From Nostoc sp. DedSLP01 (GTDB lineage: Bacteria; Cyanobacteriota; Cyanobacteriia; Cyanobacteriales; Nostocaceae), in assembly GCA_034530875.2 (NCBI GenBank), contig JAVRCJ020000041.1:1-57462 (forward strand): 57,462 nucleotides of DNA, in the 5' to 3' direction. Made by a program: the position numbers and the translations under genes. This document shows positions 1 through 10,916 of the stretch, piece by piece. The notes beneath the pieces are model-generated. The model made no database searches and was not told the DNA's origin. It saw only the letters and a program-made list of their open reading frames with translations. How positions within the stretch are numbered: position 1 is the stretch's first letter; every line of letters begins with the position of its first letter.

Positions 1-77
1 CTACCTTATTTTCATCAAGGTTTACGTGCTATGGCTCTTATCCAGTCTGCTTTATAGGCTCTTTGTCACCCCTTCAG
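1..77. mobile_element. End of an unidentified repeated/mobile element (inverted partner of 57387-57462)
   Basis: Reverse complement of 1-77 aligns ungapped with 57387-57462 at 61/76 identities, both starting CTGAAGGGGTGACA. Confidence 0.7.
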
Positions 78-730
78 GCTAGATACATATTTTCTGAATT
101 TGCCTATAGTCTCATTCTTTAGGCTTGCCTATAGTTTGAAACTACAGACAGATAGCATTAAATAGCTGAGATAAGTATTATGAACAATGTAATTAATTTC
201 TTAAGGGAAATTAACAATGCTACTTTATCTCAGCGGTAAAACTGAAACTGCGTATCATACTAAAGACCGCAATGCTGGTAACTTTGGGTTAAGTGGTAAC
301 CCTGAAGTTTGTAATGCTTGTTTAGCTATAAACAGTTTTTTAGTTTCGCTATTTTCAGTCTCGATAACTACAAATTAAGCATCAGTATACTGTAGTTAAT
401 TCTCTATACTCCTCAATTATTCGCTGTTTTTGTATTGTTTGAGGCTGTTTACAAAGGAAGAATAAATAAAACTGGTGATTATATATACTAAAAATTAGCA
501 GGGATTTGGCTTATTTTACTTAACCTTGTAAACAAAAACAGTCTTTAATATGAGTTTATTTGTGTAATAATATTTAACGTATCTTAATATTTTGCAATAG
601 TTTTAGAGTGTTAGCACTGTTCAGTCTAAGACACTGACCCCTAATAGAATTTTCTTGCTAGTGGTTAGTGCTTTTTATCATGGCTATATTTTTAGGAATT
701 TTTACCTGCATCATATCACGGAGGAAAAGC

Positions 731-1495
731 GTGATCCAGTTACAAGAAGCACTCAATCATCAAAGAAAACTAACCCTATTATTAAAGAAGGAATCTAGTT
801 TTAGCGGCCTTTTCATTGCTATTTTCATTATTAGCGTATGGGCTATAAGTTTATTCTTCTTATTTTTAATTGATATCTCGAAATTAAAATTTTGGATGTT
901 ATGTATTTTAATACCTTGGCAAACATTTTTATATACGGGGTTATTTATTACCTCTCACGATGCTATGCATGGTGTCGTATTTCCTCAAAACTCTAAAATT
1001 AATCATTTTATTGGTAATTTGAGCCTATCTCTATATGGTCTATTACCATATCAACAACTATTGTCAAAACATTGGCAACATCACCGTCATCCAGCGACCC
1101 AGACAGACCCAGATTTTCATAATGGTAAACACAAGAATTTCTTGGCTTGGTATTTTAACTTTATGAAAAATTACTGGAATTGGGGACAAATAATTGCCAT
1201 AACCTTAAGCTATCAATTTGCCCATCTTATACTGCATATACCCCATGAAAATTTAATTTTATTTTGGGTAGTACCATCGCTTTTAAGTTCGTTGCAATTA
1301 TTTTATTTTGGCACTTTTATACCCCATAGCGAGCCAAAAGGAGGTTATATCCAGCCGCATTGTGCCAAAACTATTAACTTTCCAATTTGGTTGTCATTTA
1401 TTACTTGTTATCATTTCGGTTACCATAAACAACATCACGAATATCCCCATCTTGCCTGGTGGCAATTACCAGAAATTTACAACAAAATTAAATAA
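731..1495 (+). CDS. crtW: Beta-carotene ketolase (fatty acid desaturase-type His boxes)
   Basis: HDAMH, HWQHH and HKQHH boxes, TQTDPDFH, ITCYHFGYH; GTG start at 731 follows GGAGG (ORF track starts at 668). Confidence 0.9.
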   Translation: MIQLQEALNHQRKLTLLLKKESSFSGLFIAIFIISVWAISLFFLFLIDISKLKFWMLCILIPWQTFLYTGLFITSHDAMHGVVFPQNSKINHFIGNLSLSLYGLLPYQQLLSKHWQHHRHPATQTDPDFHNGKHKNFLAWYFNFMKNYWNWGQIIAITLSYQFAHLILHIPHENLILFWVVPSLLSSLQLFYFGTFIPHSEPKGGYIQPHCAKTINFPIWLSFITCYHFGYHKQHHEYPHLAWWQLPEIYNKIK

Positions 1496-1704
1496 TGAGG
1501 CAATAGTAAATGTATCCCTTAGTGATGCGTTAGGCTAAAGCTGAAATACAAAATAATATTAGCGTGACAAAGCCTAAAATATCGAAATAAACTTTTATTG
1601 TGGTGTAGGTATTTTGCCAGCACCACAAAAGATATATTTTATTTACTATTTTAGATGTGCCGCACTATTATAATAATTTAATTTTCAGCTGCTAAAATCC
1701 TTTA

Positions 1705-2712
1705 ATGGCAATTAATAATTCTCGCCTTGTTACCTATAGCCCTGCTTATACAATTGTTCCTACTTACGAGTGCTTTAATCGCTGTAGCTACTGCAACTTT
1801 CGTACTGAACCAGGTAAAAGTTTTTGGATGAATCTCTCGGATGCAGAAAGTATTTTAAAACTTCTTCAAAGTGAAAAAGTTTGCGAAATTCTTATCTTGA
1901 GTGGTGAAGTGCATCCCCATTCATCGAGGCGTCAGGCGTGGTTTGAACGGATTTATAATTTGTGTGAATTAGCACTTTCAATGGGGTTTTTACCGCATAC
2001 CAATGCAGGGCCGTTGAGTTTTGCAGAGATGCAAAAGCTCAAGTATGTCAATGTTTCGATGGGGCTGATGTTAGAACAGTTAACGCCAACATTGTTAAAT
2101 ACCGTACATCGACACGCACCGAGTAAATTACCACAAGTGAGGCTGCAACAATTAGAATGGGCGGGAGAATTGCAGATTCCTTTTACAACTGGGTTACTTT
2201 TAGGAATTGGAGAAACTGCTGATGATTGGTGGGAAACATTAACAGCAATATCTCAAATTTATCAGCGTTATCATCACATCCAAGAAGTAATTTTGCAACC
2301 TCATAGCCCGGGAAATCAGCAAAGTTTTAATGCACCGCCTTTTAATCCCCATCAATTACCAGAAGTTATTGCTAAAGCACGGGAAATTTTACCAGCTGAT
2401 ATTACGATTCAAATTCCGCCGAATTTAGTTAAAGATGAGGGATGGTTGCTTGCTTGTGTTGAAGCGGGTGCGCGAGACTTGGGCGGAATTGGCCCGAAAG
2501 ATGAAGTTAATCCCGATTATCCTCATCTTCAGGAGCAGGCATTGAGAGAAATTTTACAGCCTGCGGGGTGGGAGTTAATAGCGCGTTTACCAATTTATCC
2601 GCAATTTGATGGTTGGCTGTCAGAGGAGTTGCAAAAGTTGGTGAAAGGGTGGCGAAAATATTTTTTGTGTCACGCAGAGGCGCCCAGACGCAGAGAAGAG
2701 AACGCAAAGTAA
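1705..2712 (+). CDS. cofG: FO synthase subunit 1 (radical SAM)
   Basis: TYSPAYTIVPTYECFNRCSYCNF (CxxxCxxC), PHTNAG, DLGGIGPKDEVNPDYPH. Confidence 0.88.
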   Translation: MAINNSRLVTYSPAYTIVPTYECFNRCSYCNFRTEPGKSFWMNLSDAESILKLLQSEKVCEILILSGEVHPHSSRRQAWFERIYNLCELALSMGFLPHTNAGPLSFAEMQKLKYVNVSMGLMLEQLTPTLLNTVHRHAPSKLPQVRLQQLEWAGELQIPFTTGLLLGIGETADDWWETLTAISQIYQRYHHIQEVILQPHSPGNQQSFNAPPFNPHQLPEVIAKAREILPADITIQIPPNLVKDEGWLLACVEAGARDLGGIGPKDEVNPDYPHLQEQALREILQPAGWELIARLPIYPQFDGWLSEELQKLVKGWRKYFLCHAEAPRRREENAK

Positions 2713-2736
2713 GGACTTTTGCAAGAGGTTTATTCG

Positions 2737-3033
2737 TTAGGCTGCGATGATTTCTTGCACTAAAACGTAAGGCTGGACGATGAGAGTATTGAATCGTTTG
2801 GTAGTATTGTTATTCCATTCTCCTAACTGTGCTGTGGTAGGTTTGGTTATCAATTGTTCGTCAATCCATTGTTGTACTGATGGAGTATTATCATTTGCGA
2901 TCGCTACCCCAACATCCACTATATTTAATTCAAGTGCTACCAAAATTACTGCATCTCTCTTTACATGAGGAATTAGCCACTCCCATTCTGACTCATCCAA
3001 ACTTTCTGCTAATTCTGCTCTTAAATCCGACAT
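2737..3033 (-). CDS. DUF2288 family protein
   Basis: EWEWLIPH..RDAVILV and C-terminal LIVQPYVLVQE motifs. Confidence 0.8.
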   Translation of the reverse strand: MSDLRAELAESLDESEWEWLIPHVKRDAVILVALELNIVDVGVAIANDNTPSVQQWIDEQLITKPTTAQLGEWNNNTTKRFNTLIVQPYVLVQEIIAA

Positions 3034-3105
3034 AATTACTTCTATGTTTAAATACCGATTTTTTTATTATTCACTAATTCGTAGTTTCTGACAAATGACT
3101 TATTA

Positions 3106-4143
3106 CTAAACTTCAGATTTCATTTCTTCAATTTCAAACAAAGATACAATTACTCCCGCGATGGGGATAGATATAAAAACACCTAATAAGCCTGCTACTC
3201 TAGCACCTACTAAGAGAGCAAAGAATATGACTACGGGATTCAAATTTAGCGCCCCTTGCATAATTCTTGGTGCAATCAAATTGTCTTGTATCTGCTGAAG
3301 AACAATACAAGTTATTAATACTTTCAATGCTAACCAAAAACCTTGAGATAATACAACTAAAGTGACAATACTTATTCCTAATGTCGCTCCTATACCAGGA
3401 ATAATATCAACAATACCAACGATTACTGATAATGATAAGGCAAAAGGTACTTGTAATACTAAGAAAGCTATAAAACTTGTACTTGTCAAAAATAAGCTTA
3501 ATAAAAACTGACCTCTAAAGAATCCCAAAAATGCACGTCTGATGACTTTAGTAAATCTATAGCGTTGTTGTTTTGGTACTATTTTTAATATAAAACTCCA
3601 CAGCTTTTCTCCATCTAGCAACATGAAAAAAGCTACAACCGCTATCAAAATAAAAGTGACGAAATTCGTCATAAACCCTTGTAATATAGCTAAACTAGTT
3701 ACAAGAGTTGATATAGCTTGGTTGCGTAATTGTTCTTGAACTGTGCTTAAATCTATCTGAAGATTACGGCTTAGTAAAAATGCTTCTAATTGGTCTAATA
3801 AGGGTAATAAAGAATTTAAAAATCCAGTTATACTATCAATTAATTGTTGTCCTTGGGATAAAACTGTTAAACCTACGGTAATTATCAGACCGCCAAGAAT
3901 TACTATACTCAGCAAAAAAACGACACTAACCGCTACACCATGAGGCAAAAAAGGCCGCAGCCACTTTACAGGATAGCTAAGTAAAAAAGCCAAAATAGCA
4001 GCGAATGTGAAAATAACTATGACTGTTTCAAAGTAAGCTAAAAGCTGTACAATTGCCCATCCACAAGCAACCAAAAGTAAAAAGCGGGCTAACGCCAAAT
4101 TATTTAATCGTTGCCAAAGGTTTTTGGCTTCTAAGCCGGCCAT
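3106..4143 (-). CDS. AI-2E family transporter
   Basis: Multi-TM protein; IPGIGA, LQQIQDNLIAPRIMQ and LNPVVIFFALLVG motifs. Confidence 0.88.
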   Translation of the reverse strand: MAGLEAKNLWQRLNNLALARFLLLVACGWAIVQLLAYFETVIVIFTFAAILAFLLSYPVKWLRPFLPHGVAVSVVFLLSIVILGGLIITVGLTVLSQGQQLIDSITGFLNSLLPLLDQLEAFLLSRNLQIDLSTVQEQLRNQAISTLVTSLAILQGFMTNFVTFILIAVVAFFMLLDGEKLWSFILKIVPKQQRYRFTKVIRRAFLGFFRGQFLLSLFLTSTSFIAFLVLQVPFALSLSVIVGIVDIIPGIGATLGISIVTLVVLSQGFWLALKVLITCIVLQQIQDNLIAPRIMQGALNLNPVVIFFALLVGARVAGLLGVFISIPIAGVIVSLFEIEEMKSEV

Positions 4144-4355
4144 ATTAATTTGAAATTTTTGATTTGAGATTTTGGACTATCAAAATAGTACTGGTATTAA
4201 TTTGGTCAGAAATGTTGCTTGCAGAAAGATTGCTATTAACTTTATCTAGTGGCTAGATTTAAGCACAAAGTCTGATTTAATTACTAAGTACATTGAATTT
4301 AAGTCTAGAGAAACGTAATAGCGATCGCTACCTCCCTAAAGTAGATATATGGGAC

Positions 4356-4994
4356 TCATCGTCCTAGATCGTGCATTTCATTAATAACAGCACTACACTT
4401 TTGTGCTAAAGCTTCCAATTCCTCTTTATTACTGGAACTAGGAGCATCAATCAAGTTACCAATTCTGACTGTAATGGGAACTCCACGGGGTATTTTCGAG
4501 CCTTTTTCTAAAATTCCCTCTGTACCCCAAACACTAACTGGCAATATTGGGGCTTTGGCTTTGGCGGCTAGCAGTAGCGCCCCTCTTTTGGGGTCTGTAA
4601 TTCGACCATCTGGGGTGCGGGTACCTTGCAAGAAAACACCGACAGCCCAACCGTTATTCAGATATTCTAAGGCTGAACGAATGGCATTGCGATCGGCATT
4701 TCCCCGACTCACTGGGTAAGCACCGTAGAGTTTAATCGCTTGCGCCAAAATTGGAATTTTAAATAATTCTTCTTTAGCCATATACGCCACCGGACGGCGC
4801 ACGCAATTAGAGACAATTGGCGGGTCAAAATAACTAGCATGATTGCTGACTACCACCAATGACCCTGATGGGGGGACATTTTCCGCACCATAAATTTTAC
4901 CCCGAAAGTAAGCGTGAAGCATGGGGCTAACGATTGACCATTTAAAGGCGTGGTAAAGTGCCAGACTAATAAACGGTTCGCGGTTCTTGTCCAC
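4356..4994 (-). CDS. plsC: 1-acyl-sn-glycerol-3-phosphate acyltransferase
   Basis: NHASYFDPP (HxxxxD), MAKEELF, FLQGTRT; GTG at 4994 is the likely start (ORF track 5009). Confidence 0.88.
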   Translation of the reverse strand: MDKNREPFISLALYHAFKWSIVSPMLHAYFRGKIYGAENVPPSGSLVVVSNHASYFDPPIVSNCVRRPVAYMAKEELFKIPILAQAIKLYGAYPVSRGNADRNAIRSALEYLNNGWAVGVFLQGTRTPDGRITDPKRGALLLAAKAKAPILPVSVWGTEGILEKGSKIPRGVPITVRIGNLIDAPSSSNKEELEALAQKCSAVINEMHDLGR

Positions 4995-5118
4995 AGAAGA
5001 TAATGCCAATTAGACTGACATTTAGCATAAGCGATCGCAAGGCCCAAGGCAAACCAAAAAAACCCTGCCAACTCCCCAGTTTCACCCATTATTTTGGCTT
5101 GATACGGTAACAAAATTT

Positions 5119-6972
5119 CTACTTCAAGCTTGGAGTTTGTTGGCAATGATAAAGTTGATATTCGTAGCCGTCCACGCTCGGTAAAGATTTAGTATCAGAG
5201 ATAACGCATGTTTTAACGGCTTCTGCTACAGGAGCCTGAAAGTTTACCAGCCATAAGTCAAAAGGTCGTGGTAAGGTCTTTAAAGTATTTTCCAGAGCAA
5301 TAGAAGAAGTATTCGGGTTTTGGTCTTGATGCGCAAGTAAAAACAGAGGATTTTGCAGCGAATCTCCAAGTTTTATTTCTCTAGCTATCCCCATCATTTC
5401 GCCAATATTTACGTAAGTTTTTTGAGTGGTAGCAATCAGTGTTGGCACTGGGGACACTTGTTTAATTAATTGCACAAACAAGTCAGGGCGATAATATTTT
5501 TGATAGCCAAGATTGCAGAGTACTGTAATTGCGCTGGCAAATCCCATTAACCAAATTAAGCTTGCGGCTTTTTTTCCATTTATACCCCATTTGCCTATCT
5601 CTTTGGGAATTAATCCTTTGGGGGGATGCCAACAAACTGCTAAACTTGCTGCTATTAAAACAATGATGCTGGGAAAGTAGAGAAAGTGATAACGAGCGCC
5701 TCTGGTAAGGTCAATTCCTAAAAAGTAGGTGAAGATAAAAAATAAAGCGATCGCACTAATAGTAACTCCAGCCATCACCTGAATCATAATCGCGGTTTCT
5801 GGCTGTTGTAGTTGTATCTTAATACCACGCACTAAAATTGGTGTCGCCCAAATAAAGAAAATTAACATCACCAGTCCCGAAGGAATCACAACCAATAGCT
5901 GTGAAGATTCAACTGGTAATAAGGAAATCATCGTAATCCATGTTCCTAAAGCTTGAAAAATTGGGGCAATCCAATCTAGTCCAGCGCGGGAACCTCGAAT
6001 CCACTCAGTTAAATTATCCCGATTTCTATTTTCTAAAAAGATTGGCAGCCAAATGAAACTAGCGACAAAAGTACCTGTAGCAACAGCATAAATGCGCTGC
6101 CAGGTAGGAGAATAAAGTAAAGAAAATTTGATGTTAGTTTGTTTTTGATGCCAAGCAAGAAAAATTAAAACTACAGCTTCAGTGCAGAGAGTAAGGCTAA
6201 AAAAGTAATGAGTAGCAAAACCCAAAGCATTAATTTGTACCCAGAAAAGTACTACCCAAATCGGTAAAAGCGTATGGTTTTGAATATGACGCGTGGCAAT
6301 TACTAAGCAGGTGAGAGAAGCAATTACCCACAAGGCTGCTAAGCTATAATGGCGTGCTTCTTGTGCCAAAAAGATTGCGTAGGGCGATACTGCCATAATA
6401 GCAGCAGCGCAATTTCCAACTAATGAAGAACGAAATGCTACTTTACCTAATATGTAAACACCGGGAATAGAAAGGGCACCGATGAAAGCTGGTAGCGATC
6501 GCGCCGCAAATAAAGATACTAATCCTTGGTCGCTGGGAAATAATTTCATCCACAAATAAGCCAGGGCAAAATACAGTGGTGGATGAGTATCTTGCGTAAC
6601 TAAATTATGAATTACATTACCAATGGTAGTGGCTGGATTTGGTTGTAATGGTTGCAATAGAATATCAGGTGCGATCGCTCGATCTAGGGGTACTCCTAAA
6701 AAATCATTCCCCAAGCTAAACACCAAAGTGGAAAATTCATCAGTCCAAGGAGGCTTGGCAGTCAAGTTACTTAAACGCAAGCCTAAGCCGATAATAAACC
6801 ACATCAAAGGATGAAACCAGCTAGGAAAAAGGGGAGCAGATAATTCTTGCAAAGGTATCTGTTGCGGGATAGATTTTTTACCTCTGTGAGGCAGAATCTC
6901 GGCTGCGTAAACAGGCAACAAAAAGATAATTTTTTTGCAAAAATAGTACGCATCCCCAAACAAAACTCTCAT
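5119..6972 (-). CDS. GT-C fold membrane glycosyltransferase (PMT_2/GT39-like); true start probably downstream of 6972
   Basis: WTDE, DTHPPLYF, AQEARHYSL, THYFF motifs; many TM helices. Confidence 0.82.
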   Translation of the reverse strand: MRVLFGDAYYFCKKIIFLLPVYAAEILPHRGKKSIPQQIPLQELSAPLFPSWFHPLMWFIIGLGLRLSNLTAKPPWTDEFSTLVFSLGNDFLGVPLDRAIAPDILLQPLQPNPATTIGNVIHNLVTQDTHPPLYFALAYLWMKLFPSDQGLVSLFAARSLPAFIGALSIPGVYILGKVAFRSSLVGNCAAAIMAVSPYAIFLAQEARHYSLAALWVIASLTCLVIATRHIQNHTLLPIWVVLFWVQINALGFATHYFFSLTLCTEAVVLIFLAWHQKQTNIKFSLLYSPTWQRIYAVATGTFVASFIWLPIFLENRNRDNLTEWIRGSRAGLDWIAPIFQALGTWITMISLLPVESSQLLVVIPSGLVMLIFFIWATPILVRGIKIQLQQPETAIMIQVMAGVTISAIALFFIFTYFLGIDLTRGARYHFLYFPSIIVLIAASLAVCWHPPKGLIPKEIGKWGINGKKAASLIWLMGFASAITVLCNLGYQKYYRPDLFVQLIKQVSPVPTLIATTQKTYVNIGEMMGIAREIKLGDSLQNPLFLLAHQDQNPNTSSIALENTLKTLPRPFDLWLVNFQAPVAEAVKTCVISDTKSLPSVDGYEYQLYHCQQTPSLK

Positions 6973-7074
6973 AGTCAGGTCTCACACTCACGGATTTGTA
7001 GATTCGACGTTTTAGATTCAAGTTAGTTCTAAAATCTAAGAATAAAAATCCAAACCTCAAATCCCTCGTTGTGA

Positions 7075-8319
7075 TTATTTCACATCGGTGACGCGCCAGC
7101 TAAGTTTTAAATTCACCCAGAAATTCCAAACAGTAGCAACTGCGATCGCAATTAAATTGGCAATATAACGGTTAGGAATTAGGAAATTGAACACTAAATT
7201 TAATACCAGTACATTTAATACGAGTCCGGCAAGACAAATGACATTAAATTTTAAAAATCGTTTGGCGCGTTGATGCCATTCTTGTTGTCTGGCGCTGACA
7301 TCGGCAAATGTCCAGGCATCATTCCACAAGAAATTATTTAAGATTGCAATTTCACCAGCAATAATTTTACTGCGTGTTAATGGCAAAGCTAAAGTAGTCG
7401 GTTCGCTCAGTAAGTAAAGTATTGCCATATCTACAAATACTCCACTCAAGCCAACCAAACCAAAGCGGACGAATCGCCCAACTGGGAAATTAACTTTTCT
7501 CCGCAATTTTCCTACTCTTCCTGTGGAAAGCCGCAGCCGCACTAAGTGGTGGATGTAATCTATATATTGCTTCCACGTAACTTTACTTTCACCCTCTTTG
7601 CGTTCGCAAAATACATAACCAACTTCGGCAACTTGGTTGACTTTTCCTCGCCCAATTACCTCTAGGAGAATTTTGTATCCTACTGGGTTGAGGGTTGCAT
7701 TGGCGATCGCACTCCGGCGCACCATAAAATAACCACTCATCGGGTCGGAAACTCTCCCCAATACTCCTGGTAAGATAATCAAGCCTAGCAACTGAGCGCC
7801 ACGGGATAAAAAACGCCTAACAACACTCCAACTGCTGACACCGCCTCCATCTACGTGGCGGCTGGCTACTGCTAAATCTGCTCCCTGCTCAACACTACGC
7901 AAAAGTTGCATCAATACTTCTGGTGGATGCTGCAAATCGCCATCAATCACCCCTAGCACGTTGCCTGTGGCCGCTTGCCAGCCACGAATCACTGCTGAAG
8001 ACAGCCCCCTTTCGTCTTGGCGTCGCATCACTCGCAACTGTGGGTATTCTGTTGTCAAAGATTGTGCTATTTCCCAAGTTCCATCGGGGCTATCATCATC
8101 TACGACAATTAATTCATAATTTTCTGGAATCGATTCATCTAATAACTGACTTAATATACTGACTATTTTATGGATGTTGTCACGTTCTTTATAAGTAGGA
8201 ATAACTAGAGATAGATAGATAGATTCGTTACTTATACTTACGTCATTAGGAGGTAATTCGGAAATCTTAAGCGGACCAGTGGGAACTGTTAATAGCGAAT
8301 TGGATGAGTTTGTTTTCAT
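7075..8319 (-). CDS. Polyprenol-phosphate glycosyltransferase (GT2, DPM1-like) fused to a C-terminal GtrA domain
   Basis: IPTYKE, VVDDDSPDGT, IDGDLQHPPE, SDPMSGYF; C-terminal RFGLVG...NFLWNDAWTF GtrA-like helices. Confidence 0.9.
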   Translation of the reverse strand: MKTNSSNSLLTVPTGPLKISELPPNDVSISNESIYLSLVIPTYKERDNIHKIVSILSQLLDESIPENYELIVVDDDSPDGTWEIAQSLTTEYPQLRVMRRQDERGLSSAVIRGWQAATGNVLGVIDGDLQHPPEVLMQLLRSVEQGADLAVASRHVDGGGVSSWSVVRRFLSRGAQLLGLIILPGVLGRVSDPMSGYFMVRRSAIANATLNPVGYKILLEVIGRGKVNQVAEVGYVFCERKEGESKVTWKQYIDYIHHLVRLRLSTGRVGKLRRKVNFPVGRFVRFGLVGLSGVFVDMAILYLLSEPTTLALPLTRSKIIAGEIAILNNFLWNDAWTFADVSARQQEWHQRAKRFLKFNVICLAGLVLNVLVLNLVFNFLIPNRYIANLIAIAVATVWNFWVNLKLSWRVTDVK

Positions 8320-8681
8320 ATTTCAAATAACATAATAAGGGTATGTACCTGCCAGGCTTAATAGAACCGAATATTTACTGCTTCGGTCTATTCAATCTGA
8401 GTTATGCGACATTCTATAATTACTTTTGTTAAGGCTTACTATTCTGAAAGTTTAGTAATTTACGTACTTAAATTCCCAGTATTTTTACTAAATTCATCTA
8501 AATTTCATATTTTTCTAACATCTTATATGGAAATCTTTATTTAGATGAGGATTATTATTTATACAAATTTTTATTCAGTATACCACTAATTTAATTATCT
8601 CAGTAAATACTTAATTTATAAATCTTATAATTCAGAGTTTTTAATATTATTAAGCTTAATAGTTCAAAACTTCAAGTGTCA

Positions 8682-8803
8682 TATAGGAATCTGGTTTGAT
8701 TTGTGAATTTACTTCCGTAGACAGGGAGTAGGGAGTGGGGAGTAGGAAAGAAGCCTTGTTTAGGTGTACCGATTTTTTTCAGAATTCAAATATGAGTCCT
8801 ATA
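8682..8803. mobile_element. MITE-like element with imperfect terminal inverted repeats and internal GGGAGT(A/G)G heptamers
   Basis: TATAGGAATCTGGTTTGATTTGTGAA ... TTCAGAATTCAAATATGAGTCCTATA; related partial ends near 8928-8951 and 53682-53706. Confidence 0.7.
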
Positions 8804-8870
8804 CATGGCATGTCTTGCTTTACTCAAGTACAAGGTAGGAGTCAAAGCCTGAGGCACTAGTTAACGATTT

Positions 8871-8903
8871 AGGTGCGTTAAGCTACGTCATAACACACCC
8901 TAC
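8871..8903. repeat. REP-like hairpin
   Basis: GGTGCGTTA...TAACACACC stem followed by CTAC (GTAG on the minus strand). Confidence 0.5.
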
Positions 8904-9992
8904 AGATACTACAGATACTGAAATTTTTTCATAAATCACATCGGACTCTATTAGCTTTGACAGTTGAGGACAAGTTTTTTTACAGCTTAAATATTAAGTT
9001 ATATCAGGCAACGTACACCAGGCTTGAAAGTCTGTTTTGTCTGTATTTTACGGTCATTTTGTATCTTCATCTATGGTTAAAATATTATATATAGAGAAAT
9101 TTTATTTGATTGCTAATAAATACCAGATGTGACTGTTGATTGTTAAGAGTTGGTATTTCACCGTCAACAGCATTTATGCGATATTACATTTTTTCATTTC
9201 CCATCGCTACAGCCATTTTAATTTGTAAAAATTATAAATCTTCATTAGGCTGACAGCTTAAAAAAGTTTGTTGGCTAACTTGATTTTGACTAGCTAAGGA
9301 TTTATAAAATCTCGAGTGTGAATAATCTTTTGATTAAACAAAAATTTCGTATTTTGATAAATCTATTCTTTTTCAATACCCTACGCTAATGTCAAAGACA
9401 AACGGGTTCAACAGTTCTCTCAGCAGATAAGCAGCCTTATAAGAGCGTTTTCTCATAAAGCCTCTACGGTAAAAATCCCGAAATCATGACTTTGTGCGAT
9501 CGTTGCGTACCATACGCCTAATAACTGAATCACTCATTGCTGATTTAAGAAAGATTTTAGATTTGAGCTTGGCAATTTCTTTGCCTTAAAGGTTTATATG
9601 AATACATTTATTGCAATCATTTTTCAAATTCGTATGACATAAACTTATATAATTTTGATTTTTACTTGATAAATAACCTTTAATATAGTAACGGCGATTT
9701 TTCAAATGTAGCAAGACTTATGAATGTAGATACTTCTAGATTTTTTTGACTTATACCAGGATTTTTTCAAAGTTTGTTAACATATCTAAATCTATTTTTA
9801 ACAAAAGTTAATAAAAATAAAAAACAGTATAATAGGAAGTAAAAATTGTATTGTAAATCTGCCAAAAGTAACACAAAAAATCCCCCGATAGGGCATTGTA
9901 AAAAGGAGGAAATTTTTGTTTTTTATTAACTTAAATGCGTTATTTTATTCCTTGTTTTGAATAAATAAACATCTAAAAATACAGGGTAAGTT

Positions 9993-10916
9993 ATGCATAT
10001 TCCTGATGGATTTATTTCTGTGCCGGTGGCAGGGGCTACTAGTGTAGCGAGTGTGGCAGCACTTTTTATTGCCTTAAGGCGATCGCAAGAGGCTTTTGGC
10101 GTGCGTCGCGCTCCCTTACTGGGGCTAACTACGGCCTTTATTTTTGCTGCTCAGATGGTTAATTTTCCAGTAGCAGGAGGTACTAGCGGTCACTTGTTAG
10201 GGGGAACCTTAGCGGCGATCGTTTTGGGCAGTCCTTGGGCGGGAATGTTGTGTATTGCCACAGTTTTAATTATTCAAGCCGTGCTATTTGCTGATGGTGG
10301 AATTACAGCATTGGGAACAAATATTTTGAACATGGCAGTAATTGGTGTTTGGGTAGGCTGGATTTTAACCCAAACCTTGCAGCGGTTATTGGGCGGCTCT
10401 AAACGGCGTTTACCATTAGCAGTCGGCATTGCAGCTGGTGTTAGTGTAGTAGTAGCTGCTGTAGCAGCAGCCATTGAATTAGCCCTCTCTGGAACTGCAC
10501 CTGTAGCCATAGTTTTACCAGCCATGACTGGCGTACACATTCTGATTGGTATTGGCGAGGGCATAATTACAAGCGGTGTGTTGACTTATCTAGCTACAGC
10601 TAGACCAGATTTGTTACCAGGCGAACAGCATGAGTTTCGTGGATGGTCGATACCCGTTGTCAGCATTTTCTTAATTGCAGGAGTACTATCACTGTTTGCC
10701 TCAGCATGGCCTGACGGTTTAGAGAGAGTTGCCGAAAACTTGGGCTTTATCGGCCTAGCCGATAAAGTGCGGATAATTGTACCAACTCCCCTAGCTGATT
10801 ATGGTATTGAGGGTTTGGGGCCAATTGGCAGTAGTATTGCTGGGCTTGTTGGGGCTGCGGTTTGCTTTGCTGTTGCCTTTGGCATTGCCAAGGTAGTGAA
10901 ACCGAACAATGCTTAA
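9993..10916 (+). CDS. cbiM: Co/Ni ECF transporter S component with fused C-terminal PDGLE (NikN-like) domain
   Basis: N-terminal MHIPDG metal-binding motif, GTSGHLLG, WPDGLE. Confidence 0.88.
   Translation: MHIPDGFISVPVAGATSVASVAALFIALRRSQEAFGVRRAPLLGLTTAFIFAAQMVNFPVAGGTSGHLLGGTLAAIVLGSPWAGMLCIATVLIIQAVLFADGGITALGTNILNMAVIGVWVGWILTQTLQRLLGGSKRRLPLAVGIAAGVSVVVAAVAAAIELALSGTAPVAIVLPAMTGVHILIGIGEGIITSGVLTYLATARPDLLPGEQHEFRGWSIPVVSIFLIAGVLSLFASAWPDGLERVAENLGFIGLADKVRIIVPTPLADYGIEGLGPIGSSIAGLVGAAVCFAVAFGIAKVVKPNNA

Noticed and set aside
9611..9627. Fur/Zur-like box TTGCAATCATTTTTCAA upstream of cbiM
   Set aside because: Weak match in very AT-rich DNA, ~370 nt from the start codon
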